Assembly: GCA_024275665.1 (NCBI GenBank) | Contig: JAJRYS010000019.1 | Location: 1 to 41,521 of the forward strand | Length of the DNA: 41,521 bases | DNA from: an archaeon | GTDB taxonomy: Archaea; B1Sed10-29; JAJRYS01 | Direction of reading: 5' to 3' | In this document: positions 24,896-33,956 of the stretch, piece by piece | How the letters are laid out: each line of letters opens with the position of its first letter | Position numbering within the stretch: the first letter of the stretch is position 1 | The notes under the pieces: generated by a model | Database searches by the model: none | The model's input: only the letters and a program-made list of their open reading frames with translations | Told to the model about the DNA's origin: nothing | Program-made: the position numbers and the translations under genes

Positions 24896-26521
24896 TTGAA
24901 CGACATTCACAAAGGATTCAGAGAGTACTCAATAGCAGAGTTCTTCAAAAAGAACAGGCAAATGCTTGGTTATTCTGGTAAGATTAAAAGTCTTACCACA
25001 GCCGTACATGAGTACGTTACGAATGCTTTGGATGCTTGTGAAGAAGCAGGAATACTTCCAGACATCTTCGTGAAAATAGAACAACTTGGAAACGAACACT
25101 ACAAACTAATCGTTGAAGACAACGGCCCAGGCATTCCAAAGAAGTTAGTAGGCAAGGCTTTTGGAAGCATGCTGGCAGGTACTAAGTTCCACAGGTTCCA
25201 GCAAGCAAGAGGACAACAAGGAATAGGAGCTGCTGGAGTAGTAATGTTCTCACAAATTACCACAGGAAAACCTACTAAAGTGGTTACTTCAAAAGGAAAC
25301 GGAGTAATATACGAATGTCTTCTTTCAATAGACGTAAAGACAAACACTCCTAAAATAGAAGCAGAGAAAGAATACCCAGGAGAAATGAGAGGAGTAAGGA
25401 TTGAAAGCGAATTGAAAGGAGTCAAATACCAGAAAGGAGACTACTCGCCAGACGAGTACATAAGAAGAACAGCTTTGGTAAACCCTCATGCCAAGATTAC
25501 TTACATAAACCCAAACAATCTTACAACAATTTACGACCGCGCTGTTGAAAAACTTCCAAAAGTACCGAAACCAACAAAACCCCATCCAAAAGGGCTAACC
25601 ACTGACGACTTGCTTGGATATGCTTCCATCACCAAGTCAAGAACCGTGAAATCATTCCTGGTTAATGACTTTACAAGAGTAAGCTCTGCCAAGGCAGAAG
25701 AAATAGCAAAAAAAGTATCATTCGACATGAACAAAAGGCCACAGGACTTAACTTGGGAAGAAGCAGAAGAAATCATAAAAGTAATACAAGAAATGAGCTT
25801 CATAGCACCACCAACAGACTGTTTGATACCAATAGGAAAAGAGCAGCTTGAAAAAGCAGTGGAAAACATATTAGAACCAGAGTTCAAAGCAATAATAACA
25901 AGACCTCCTGCTATTTACAGAGGAGGAGTTCCATTCATAGTAGAAGTAGCATTATCCTACGGGGGAAAGTCAGGAAAGCAAATAAGCCAAGAAGAAAGCA
26001 AGATAGAATTAATGAGATTCGCTAATCGCGTTCCACTCTTATTTGATGCAGGAGCATGCGCTATTACGAAAGCAGTGCAAAGCGTTGAATGGAAGAGGTA
26101 CAAGATAAGAGAAGACACTCCGATGAGCATACTAATAAACTTCACCTCAATATACGTTCCATACACTGGAGCTGGAAAAGAAAGCATTGCAGACGAAGAA
26201 GAAATACTCAAAGAAATAAAATTAGCGCTCATGGACGCCGGCAGGAAACTCGGCACTTACCTGTCAGGCAGGAGGAGAAAAGAAGAAAGAGAAAAACGCT
26301 TGAAAGAATTCATGAAATACATTCCAGAAACAGCCAAGTCAATAGCAAAACTCGCTGGCAAAGACCCTAAAGAAATAGAAGAAAAATTGAAACAAATCGT
26401 ATTTGAAAAATATGAGGAAACTGAAAAAGAAGAAACAAAAGAAGAGAATGAAAAGACAGAAGTTGATGAAGAAGAAAAAGAAATAGAAGAAAATAGGTTG
26501 AAAGAAGGCGAGGAAGAATGA
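24896..26521 (+). CDS. top6B: DNA topoisomerase VI subunit B
   Basis: EFF.KN..MLG, E...NALDA, VEDNGPGI, Q.RGQQGIG, RFANRVPL; acidic C-terminal tail. Confidence 0.97.
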   Translation: MNDIHKGFREYSIAEFFKKNRQMLGYSGKIKSLTTAVHEYVTNALDACEEAGILPDIFVKIEQLGNEHYKLIVEDNGPGIPKKLVGKAFGSMLAGTKFHRFQQARGQQGIGAAGVVMFSQITTGKPTKVVTSKGNGVIYECLLSIDVKTNTPKIEAEKEYPGEMRGVRIESELKGVKYQKGDYSPDEYIRRTALVNPHAKITYINPNNLTTIYDRAVEKLPKVPKPTKPHPKGLTTDDLLGYASITKSRTVKSFLVNDFTRVSSAKAEEIAKKVSFDMNKRPQDLTWEEAEEIIKVIQEMSFIAPPTDCLIPIGKEQLEKAVENILEPEFKAIITRPPAIYRGGVPFIVEVALSYGGKSGKQISQEESKIELMRFANRVPLLFDAGACAITKAVQSVEWKRYKIREDTPMSILINFTSIYVPYTGAGKESIADEEEILKEIKLALMDAGRKLGTYLSGRRRKEEREKRLKEFMKYIPETAKSIAKLAGKDPKEIEEKLKQIVFEKYEETEKEETKEENEKTEVDEEEKEIEENRLKEGEEE

Positions 26522-27612
26522 AAGGAGTAGAATCAGACAAGATTGCATTAAAAAGATTGAAAGAATTCGGACAATCTTTATATGAACAGATTAAAAACAA
26601 CAAGCCTCCAAGCTTCAAAATGCCTACGAGGACAAAAGCCAATATTGACTTCATAGAAGGAGACAGGCGCTTGAAACTCGGAGAAAGAATGAGTACTCGT
26701 AGCTTCTTGAACTACTCCCATACCAGGAAGTTCATGCAGTCAGTCATGGTAGCAGCAGCATGCGAGGATTACATAAAATCAGGCAGGACTGTGGGAAAAA
26801 GAGAACTTTACTACAACCTCAAACACAGTCTTCCTAATTCAAAACAAAACACGTTCGAAGATGATACTGAATCAGGAGCAGTGTTAAACGACTTAGAAGC
26901 ATCTCTTAACGTGCTAAGAGAACAATTCCACGTAATAGCAAAAGGAAGAGGAAGCATTTACGGAGACCTTGACTTAAGACAAGCAGGAGACGAATTCAGC
27001 TGCAAAGGACTTGGAAGAGGAGGATGGGTAATACCAGGATACACTGAAGACGTTGAATTCCTGAACCACAACGCTGAATTCATACTAGCAATAGAAAACG
27101 ACGCCATGATGGGCCGTCTCATAGAGGAAAAAGTATGGAAAAAGTTGAATTGCTTACTCGTGACAGGAGAAGGAATGTTCCCAAGAGGAGTCAGAAGATT
27201 CATCAAGAGAATGCACGAAGAATTGAAACTGCCAGTCATAGCCTTCGTTGATGGGGACCCATGGGGTTTTTACATTTACAGCGTGTTGAAATACGGTTCA
27301 ATTCAACTCGCTCACTTGTCAGACAGGTACGCAGTACCAGATGCTAAGTACGTTGGAATGACAATGGATGATATAGACGAGTACGGATTGCAGAACGTTA
27401 CTGAAAAACTAAAAGACGTGGATAAGAAAAAAATAAAAGAAGAAATGGAGTATCCTTGGTTCAAGCATTCAAAAGAATGGATGAACCAGTTGAAGAAAAT
27501 GCTTGAAAAAGGAGTAAGATTAGAACAACAAGCACTTGCTAACAAGAGCCTCAGCTTCGTAGCAGAGAAGTACTTGCCTGAGAAAATAGAAGCAGGAAAA
27601 TTCCTACCGTGA
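26518..27612 (+). CDS. top6A: DNA topoisomerase VI subunit A
   Basis: RELYY catalytic tyrosine, TOPRIM IEN and DGDPWG, LEQQAL. Confidence 0.97.
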   Translation: MKGVESDKIALKRLKEFGQSLYEQIKNNKPPSFKMPTRTKANIDFIEGDRRLKLGERMSTRSFLNYSHTRKFMQSVMVAAACEDYIKSGRTVGKRELYYNLKHSLPNSKQNTFEDDTESGAVLNDLEASLNVLREQFHVIAKGRGSIYGDLDLRQAGDEFSCKGLGRGGWVIPGYTEDVEFLNHNAEFILAIENDAMMGRLIEEKVWKKLNCLLVTGEGMFPRGVRRFIKRMHEELKLPVIAFVDGDPWGFYIYSVLKYGSIQLAHLSDRYAVPDAKYVGMTMDDIDEYGLQNVTEKLKDVDKKKIKEEMEYPWFKHSKEWMNQLKKMLEKGVRLEQQALANKSLSFVAEKYLPEKIEAGKFLP

Positions 27613-27628
27613 AAAAAGGTGAAGTAGT

Positions 27629-28018
27629 TTGAAAATCATAAACGCAGTGAACAAAGAAGACTTGATGAGGAAAATAGAAACCATTAACGCTAATGACAAA
27701 GAAGTGTATATATCACTAAGGCCTACTCTTGAAATCGTGTTCAAAATCCTTGAAAAAAATCCTGGTTTGAAGAAGATATCCTGTCCTCAGAGCTTGTACT
27801 TGCAAGTTTCTAAAAAAGTATTCAAGTTCTTGAACGGTAGAGGCATTGAAATCACTCCAGGGGAATTCACTGCAGGCAGGCCTCCCAAGTACGACGACGA
27901 GACCATAGCACAGATAATCAGCAAACGCAGGAATGGTAATACTGCCAAGCAAATTTCAGAAGAAATGAACATACCACTACGCACTGTCTATTTCTACTTG
28001 AAGAAAGAAAAAATATGA
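27629..28018 (+). CDS. DUF1699-like domain fused to a C-terminal HTH
   Basis: ISLRPT...IL...P.LK.I.CP.S.Y...SK; GRPPKY followed by HTH ..AKQISEEMNIPLRTVY. Confidence 0.75.
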   Translation: MKIINAVNKEDLMRKIETINANDKEVYISLRPTLEIVFKILEKNPGLKKISCPQSLYLQVSKKVFKFLNGRGIEITPGEFTAGRPPKYDDETIAQIISKRRNGNTAKQISEEMNIPLRTVYFYLKKEKI

Positions 28019-28075
28019 GAAAAAGAAGCTTTTAAAAACCTGAATTTTGAAAATAAGAATAAGAGGGAATAAGCA

Positions 28076-28702
28076 ATGAGTTTAATTTCAAGATTACGTA
28101 GGAAAAAAGGTTGGAGAAAGAAAAAATTAACTTATAAAGTGCCTACTGCTTCTGAAAAAATAAACACTTACTTCAATAATCCAAAATTTTTTGACTTAAT
28201 GATAAAAGAAGTAAAAGATGAAGTCAGAAATTCTGGTTACGACCCAGTAGAAGTCCCCCACATTGCAAATGACATTGCAATGGGAGTGATAACAAGAAAG
28301 TTTGGTTTTAACAAGATATTCAGAGAGCTTCAAATGAAAGGGATTAGACCAGACTTGGTAAACATGGAAATGACTGGATTTAGCAACTTACTAGCAACGA
28401 AAGTAATAACAGAAGAGGCCAAAAGCCAAGGCATAAAAACAATAGGTGATGAGGAAATCAACAAAATGCTCAAGCTTCAAATGGAAAAAATAAAACTTAT
28501 TACAGATATTGCAGAAGAAAAAATTGACATAATAGAAGCTAGGAAAAAAATTGAAGAAATAAACAGAGAACTTAAAAAAGCTAACGAGAAATTCATCAAA
28601 GAAAATGAAAAAATCATGAATGAAGAAATCAAGAATAAGATAAAAGAAACTCTTGGAATGAAAACCAAGAAAAAAGATGACTTCTTAAGCATGTTCGGAT
28701 AA
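28076..28702 (+). CDS. Orphan protein with basic N-terminus
   Basis: 208-aa ORF starting MSLISRLRRKKGWRKKK; own TTTTAAAA promoter-like element. Confidence 0.7.
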   Translation: MSLISRLRRKKGWRKKKLTYKVPTASEKINTYFNNPKFFDLMIKEVKDEVRNSGYDPVEVPHIANDIAMGVITRKFGFNKIFRELQMKGIRPDLVNMEMTGFSNLLATKVITEEAKSQGIKTIGDEEINKMLKLQMEKIKLITDIAEEKIDIIEARKKIEEINRELKKANEKFIKENEKIMNEEIKNKIKETLGMKTKKKDDFLSMFG

Positions 28703-29974
28703 TTCTTTCAACTTGTTTTCAAAAGCTTTCAGCATCAGTGTCTGTATCAAGGGATTCTTTTCTTCTTTGACTTGCTCGAATTCAGGGACGTCAGCAAGGT
28801 TAGTTATTCCAATTCCCAATTCTTCGCATGCTTGTTTTACTGCTTTCCAAGTCTCACTAGTGGGCTTCAAGTAAGCGTAGTACTTTTCATACTTGTGATT
28901 TTGCAAGTACTTCTTCACTCTTTCCTTGTTAACTTTTATGTACGCTTGTTTGACTTCTTCTGTTTCCTCCCATTCAGGCCAGTCATAAGAATTGAAAGGG
29001 TAGTGACTGCTGAACTCGAAAGGCACTACTCCTGGAGTTGATACTACTATCTTGTGAATCTTCTTGTACAATTCAGGGAACTTGCTTAATACTTCGTGAA
29101 TTTTCTTGTGAGTATGCGAACGGGAGTAAGGTTTTTTGAAAGAACAAGGTAAGAACAGTGCTATCTTTTTTTCTTCTGGTTTTTTGTAAAAACGTTGAAA
29201 GTAATCCTGCCACACGCAGAAATGAGGGTGAGTAAGAGCTTCTATTGTCGCTCCTCTTATCATTACTCTCCTTTCAGAAGGGAATTTTGGCACGAACAAG
29301 TAGTTCTGCGAGTCTGTTTCTATTTTTTCAGACTTGTATTTTGCCACGAGTTTTTCAAACTCTTCAGTGCTTAAAGGCTTCCACATTCCCTGAATCCAGT
29401 AGTCGAACAACTGGGATTTTGAATGAGGGAAAGTATTGATGAGTACTATTTCATCGCTGTGTTTTTCAGCGAACTTCACGCTCTTGTCAAGCAGTTCATT
29501 ATTACTAAACGGCATGTTAACCATTAAGTAAGTCCTTACTTTGAACCCGTGCTTGTGGATGACGTCAACTGCTTTCAAGTAATCAGCAACAGTGAATCCT
29601 TTCCTGTACTTCTTCAGGGCTTCGTCGTCAGCGCATTCCAAGCCAATGGAAACAGTTACTCTAATTCCTTCAAAGTCTTTCAAGTTCTCGTCAGTGATGA
29701 ACTCTGGGCGTGACTCTATTACTAGCTCTTTCACTCCTTTGCTTTTAACGTACTCAGCGAACCACTTGCGGAATTCTCTTGGGAATTGCGCGTCGTCAAG
29801 AAAACTACCTGACACAAACACTTTCAACTTGTCAACGCCTGACAAGTCAAGCGACTCTACTCTTTGCTTTAGTTTTTCAACGTCAACAGGGCTTGACAGC
29901 TTTCCCCAGCCGCATGCAAAACACTGCGCCCAACTACACTTTCCTGATGAAAGGATTAGAGTCTTAGTATTCAT
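28685..29974 (-). CDS. Fusion of a RaSEA-type radical SAM domain and an ArcS/DUF5591 domain (putative archaeosine synthase)
   Basis: N-half: CSWAQCFAC, KVFVSGSFLD, ESRPEFI, SIGLE, KGFT..D; C-half: LPCSFKKPYSRSHTH, GVVPFE...YP...YD. Confidence 0.85.
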   Translation of the reverse strand: MNTKTLILSSGKCSWAQCFACGWGKLSSPVDVEKLKQRVESLDLSGVDKLKVFVSGSFLDDAQFPREFRKWFAEYVKSKGVKELVIESRPEFITDENLKDFEGIRVTVSIGLECADDEALKKYRKGFTVADYLKAVDVIHKHGFKVRTYLMVNMPFSNNELLDKSVKFAEKHSDEIVLINTFPHSKSQLFDYWIQGMWKPLSTEEFEKLVAKYKSEKIETDSQNYLFVPKFPSERRVMIRGATIEALTHPHFCVWQDYFQRFYKKPEEKKIALFLPCSFKKPYSRSHTHKKIHEVLSKFPELYKKIHKIVVSTPGVVPFEFSSHYPFNSYDWPEWEETEEVKQAYIKVNKERVKKYLQNHKYEKYYAYLKPTSETWKAVKQACEELGIGITNLADVPEFEQVKEEKNPLIQTLMLKAFENKLKELSEHA

Positions 29975-29993
29975 TTCCTATCACTGAAACTTG

Positions 29994-30314
29994 TCAAATT
30001 TTTAACTTCATTAAATGCTTTTGTTTTGCTTTTTCTCGTTTAAAATACGCAAGGTCTATTGCGTTTGACAACATTTCCAAGGCTTTTGCAAGAGGATTGT
30101 TTTTGTTATACTTGTAAAGCTTGCCATTACCTATCCTTCTTGTCTCTACCACTAGTCCTGTTTTTTCAAGAGTAGGCCATAATTGGTACAAAGTAACTTT
30201 ACTTATCCCTACATTCCGTGCTATTTCTGCTTTAGTGTAATCAAACTCTTGGTTCATTTCTAAAAAATCAATTACTTTAATGAGAGCAGAATCTCCAAAA
30301 AAATCTGATAACAT
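29994..30314 (-). CDS. Small winged-helix DNA-binding protein
   Basis: FFGDS...KVIDFL, DYTKAEIARNVGISKVTL HTH, TRRIGNGKLY wing. Confidence 0.8.
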   Translation of the reverse strand: MLSDFFGDSALIKVIDFLEMNQEFDYTKAEIARNVGISKVTLYQLWPTLEKTGLVVETRRIGNGKLYKYNKNNPLAKALEMLSNAIDLAYFKREKAKQKHLMKLKI

Positions 30315-30391
30315 TCATTCACCTTCTCCTTACTCTTTAACTAATCATACTAAAAATTGTAATATAAAAAACTATGCGTTAAAAGTTCATT

Positions 30392-30667
30392 TTACTTAAC
30401 TATTATGTTTTTTATCTCATCTTCCATACACACATTCAAATAATAAATCTTTTTACCAGCGGCATACTCTTTCTTCTTATACAAAACAATTCTTTTATTT
30501 ATGAGGTTTTTCAATGCCAGATCAAATGCTTTCTTCTGATTTTTGCTAATAATTTTTGTCCCTTTAAGTAAGTTAGCTTTATCAGTAGTATGGTTTATGC
30601 CAAATTTATGCATTCTAAAAAGCTTTCTTACAATATGCTTTTCATAAATCTTTACAAGATTTTCCAT
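30392..30667 (-). CDS. Small basic hypothetical protein (possible winged-helix fold)
   Basis: 91-aa ORF in an AT-rich stretch, upstream of the wHTH gene. Confidence 0.6.
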   Translation of the reverse strand: MENLVKIYEKHIVRKLFRMHKFGINHTTDKANLLKGTKIISKNQKKAFDLALKNLINKRIVLYKKKEYAAGKKIYYLNVCMEDEIKNIIVK

Positions 30668-30750
30668 TACTTAAATTTTATCATTAGTTTTAGTTATATT
30701 CATTTTGAAAACTCTACAAGTCAGAACAAGTTTAAACCATTATAAAGAAC

Positions 30751-31518
30751 TTAAATTCTTTTAACTCTTTCATATAACTCTACTACTTCTGGAATGCTGA
30801 GAGAATCTACTTTCCTATCATCTTCTATGTTTTTCTTGAAAGCAATTTCAACAGCGTTTCTCACTTTTTTGTTCTTGTACCTGAACAATTCTCTTACGAA
30901 CTTGTCAAAATCAGGGTTTTTATCCATTTTTTTCTTCTTCAAAACCATTATCACAGAGTCTGTTTTCGGCTGCGGGTAGAATTTTTCCCTCTTAACTATT
31001 TCCTTTAGTTCCACGTCGTAATAATACTGAACCATTACTGAAAGCCTGCCGTAATTCCTTGCCCCTGGTTTTGCCATCATTTTCTCCCCAAACTCCTTCT
31101 GATAGAACAGTATGGCTTTTTCAAAATCATAGTCAAGAAGCTTGAAAGTGATCTCTGACGACAGGGAGTAAGGAATGTTTGAAACTACTTTGTTGAACTC
31201 AGGGACTTTTATTTTCAGAAAATCCCCTATGATTATTTCAACATTAGAGTAGTCTTTGAACTCTTCATGCAGAGGATGGTCTAGCTTTTTATCCTTCTCA
31301 ACTGCTATCACTTTGCCAGCGTGCTTTGCTATTTCCTTGGTAAGGAAACCAATCCCTGGCCCTATTTCAAGCACTGTGTCTTGCTCTGAAAGCTCGGCAT
31401 ACCTAACTGCTCTTTCAATGACAGCAGAGTCTACTAAGAAAAACTGGTCAAGCACAGGGCTTGCTCTGAAGTTGTACTTCTTGTAAAACTCATACACTCT
31501 TGCTCTCAGCGAATCCAT
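30751..31518 (-). CDS. rsmA: 16S rRNA adenine dimethyltransferase KsgA/Dim1
   Basis: LDQFFL, VLEIGPGIG, VSNIPY, QKEF, YGRLSV, FYPQPKTDS. Confidence 0.95.
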   Translation of the reverse strand: MDSLRARVYEFYKKYNFRASPVLDQFFLVDSAVIERAVRYAELSEQDTVLEIGPGIGFLTKEIAKHAGKVIAVEKDKKLDHPLHEEFKDYSNVEIIIGDFLKIKVPEFNKVVSNIPYSLSSEITFKLLDYDFEKAILFYQKEFGEKMMAKPGARNYGRLSVMVQYYYDVELKEIVKREKFYPQPKTDSVIMVLKKKKMDKNPDFDKFVRELFRYKNKKVRNAVEIAFKKNIEDDRKVDSLSIPEVVELYERVKRI

Positions 31519-31543
31519 TTCAAAAAACCTTCCCTTTTGTTTT

Positions 31544-32098
31544 CTATCTTCTTCTTGGAAAGCTCTTCACGAATAAGTAATACTTCTGGTTTCCTTTCAA
31601 CTCTTCTATTATCCTCTCTACTATTATTTTCTTAGGATCTGGTAATAGCTTCACTCTTTCAGCAATGTCTTTAAAGCTTTCAAAAGGCTTTTTCTCTCTT
31701 TCTGCAAGAATGTCCTGCATGTGTTTCTTCCCAATGCTTGGAAGCAATTCAAGAGAGTGCTGTCTTATAGTGATAGCTCTTGCCTTGTTGAAGAACTCTA
31801 CGAATTCTTTCTCTCTTTCTTCTACTATTTTTGACAACAGGTTAGGAAGCTCGTTCCTAGCTGCTGCAGTGAGCCTGTCAAAACTAAGCCTGCTCTTCAC
31901 GAGTTCTACTTTGTCTCTTTTTTCTTTTCCAATGTAAACTTTTTCCCCTATCATTACCTTAACTCCTGGCTTCATGACAAGCTCAAGGAGCGCGAAGTAC
32001 TTCTCGCCCAGTGCTTGCGCTATCGGCCTCTTTTCAAAAGAGGCAGCATATCCTTGTGGGAGATAGTCAAGCACGAAGGCATAATCGTCTCTCAACAC
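31544..32098 (-). CDS. DUF655 family RNA-binding/HhH protein
   Basis: YAFVLDYL..G, Q..GE..F.LLE, FFN.A..IT.R.H.LELLP.IGKK; conserved position between rpo4 and ksgA. Confidence 0.9.
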   Translation of the reverse strand: MLRDDYAFVLDYLPQGYAASFEKRPIAQALGEKYFALLELVMKPGVKVMIGEKVYIGKEKRDKVELVKSRLSFDRLTAAARNELPNLLSKIVEEREKEFVEFFNKARAITIRQHSLELLPSIGKKHMQDILAEREKKPFESFKDIAERVKLLPDPKKIIVERIIEELKGNQKYYLFVKSFPRRR

Positions 32099-32120
32099 GA
32101 ACCACCTATCTGATTCTCTT

Positions 32121-32447
32121 TCATTTCTTCAACCCTGCAACTATTTCAATGATTTTGTTAATTTCCTCATCTGATAATACTTTTCTCTGCTTTTCAAACA
32201 ATAATTTTACTTGTTCTACTGTTTCAGGCAACACGTCAACTATTTTTACTCTCAATTCCTCAGTGATTCCCATTTCTTCCAGTTTTTTCAAAGCTTCTTC
32301 CACTTGTTTTGGTTTTACCTTGTCAAACTGTTTAGCATATTCCAGCACTGCTTTCTGCTCGTATATGAGTTCTCCTTCTTTCTTCCTCTGAGTAAGTATT
32401 TTCTTAACTTCCACTATTGACACTGGTTTTTCTTCAATTACTTCCAT
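32121..32447 (-). CDS. rpo4: RNA polymerase subunit Rpo4 (RpoF)
   Basis: EVKKIL, EL.YEQ..VLEY, KIVDVLP; synteny with L21e. Confidence 0.92.
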   Translation of the reverse strand: MEVIEEKPVSIVEVKKILTQRKKEGELIYEQKAVLEYAKQFDKVKPKQVEEALKKLEEMGITEELRVKIVDVLPETVEQVKLLFEKQRKVLSDEEINKIIEIVAGLKK

Positions 32448-32459
32448 TCAATCATCACC

Positions 32460-32756
32460 TTATGCTGCTTTTTTCAAATGCGCTGGATGGACTATTACCT
32501 GCCTCCAGGCAAGAATGTTTCTTACTTTTACTATGTAAGAAGAACCACGTTTCCCAATCACTTCTCCTGTCTTGCCGTTGAAACGCCTGTGAGGCATTCC
32601 CTTATGCACACTTGGGTCTATTGCTATGTGAACGCGGTCTCCTGGTTCAAATTTTTGAAGCATTTTATTAACAGTTGGTCTTCCTCTTTGCCTTGGTTTC
32701 TTGCTAAGAGAATGACGAGTCTTAGCTCTCCCTCCTTTATGAGTTGACTTCACCAT
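32460..32756 (-). CDS. rpl21e: 50S ribosomal protein L21e
   Basis: GDRVHIAIDPSVHKGMPHRRFNGKTG. Confidence 0.97.
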   Translation of the reverse strand: MVKSTHKGGRAKTRHSLSKKPRQRGRPTVNKMLQKFEPGDRVHIAIDPSVHKGMPHRRFNGKTGEVIGKRGSSYIVKVRNILAWRQVIVHPAHLKKAA

Positions 32757-32878
32757 TCAAAACTCCTCCTTATTCTAACAACTAAACAAATCATCTTTCG
32801 AAAGTTGTTATATTTTTAACTACTATCCTTTAAAAAAGTTGTCAATACAAGACAAGCTAATAAAAGAAAAGAACAGAA

Positions 32879-33277
32879 TTAGTTCTTAGCTTTTTCAACC
32901 AGCACAGCGTTGATTACTCCATCCTGCCCTGGCCTGGAAGTCACTCTAACTGTCCCTATTTCTGTTTCAAGAACAGCGCCTTTTGTAATAATGTTCTGCC
33001 TGGCGTAGTTCCTGTTAGCAGGGTTTTCCTTCTCAGTGAGTATCTTTACTTTTTTTGTTTTCTTTGTTTCAGGATCAGTGACGTTAGCATAGGCTGCTCT
33101 TTTCAGTCTTACTTTCTGATTTCCACCTCTTGTTCTTATTTTCTTCCTAACATCTTTCTTTTCAACAGTCGTATGAGTAGGCAGTCTTCCTAGCTCTGCT
33201 TTCTTTTTGTCACTGGCTTTTCTTCTTCTTCCTCCTGTTGGTTTTCGCTTAAGGCTTCCTGCTTGTGATATTCCCAT
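32879..33277 (-). CDS. rps8e: 30S ribosomal protein S8e
   Basis: [27 protein letters not shown]. Confidence 0.97.
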   Translation of the reverse strand: MGISQAGSLKRKPTGGRRRKASDKKKAELGRLPTHTTVEKKDVRKKIRTRGGNQKVRLKRAAYANVTDPETKKTKKVKILTEKENPANRNYARQNIITKGAVLETEIGTVRVTSRPGQDGVINAVLVEKAKN

Positions 33278-33318
33278 TCGCTCACCTTTTTATTCAGTTG
33301 ATTTATTAATAATAAAGC

Positions 33319-33732
33319 ATGATTGTTAAGACAGTGAAGTTTAAAAATCTTGACATGAACGCGGTGAAGCGCTTCTTAGAACAACATCCCGAAACTCAGT
33401 TGTTTTCAGCAAAGTGTTTTCACGGCGAAAAACACGTCCTACATTGTGTTAACGAGTGTTTAAAAGCTTTTGCTTCTGATGAAAACATTGCCAAAACCAA
33501 GCAAGTAGAGTTCTTACTATTCCTTACTGGCACTAGGCAGATTAAGAAAGCCCTGCAAAAAGCAACTCCTGAAGAGCAAAGCATTTTCACAGCATGGGGA
33601 AAACATGCAGCAAGAGATTTTGAAGAACTTAGAAAACAATTCAGCATAACAATAAAGCCATTACCAAGAGTGGGAAAAGAAGAACAACTAAGAGCGATTG
33701 AACGCTCTTCGTTGTTCAAACTATCCTCTTGA
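33319..33732 (+). CDS. cgi121: KEOPS subunit Cgi121
   Basis: NIAKT..VEFLLFLTGTRQIKKAL and C-terminal AIERS. Confidence 0.8.
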   Translation: MIVKTVKFKNLDMNAVKRFLEQHPETQLFSAKCFHGEKHVLHCVNECLKAFASDENIAKTKQVEFLLFLTGTRQIKKALQKATPEEQSIFTAWGKHAARDFEELRKQFSITIKPLPRVGKEEQLRAIERSSLFKLSS

Positions 33733-33738
33733 CAAAAC

Positions 33739-33858
33739 CTAATTGTTTTCTCTTACTATCACTTTCCCAAGTGATAAGTCAACGAAGAACACTTTCTTTC
33801 CATCTTCTTGTTTGATTTTGAAAGAATCCTCTTTCACAGAGAACTTAGCAATCCCCAT
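33739..33858 (-). CDS. Small hypothetical protein (39 aa, MGIAKFSVKEDSFKIKQEDGKKVFFVDLSLGKVIVRENN)
   Basis: Strong SD AGGAGGTG 9 nt upstream of the ATG; not in the ORF track. Confidence 0.55.
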   Translation of the reverse strand: MGIAKFSVKEDSFKIKQEDGKKVFFVDLSLGKVIVRENN

Positions 33859-33956
33859 TTTCTCACGCACCTCCTAAGTAATTCACAGCCTTTAGTCAAA
33901 GACGTGCAAGTAATAAAGGGCCAATGGTTTAAAAATAATACTGTTCGGAAAGCTAA

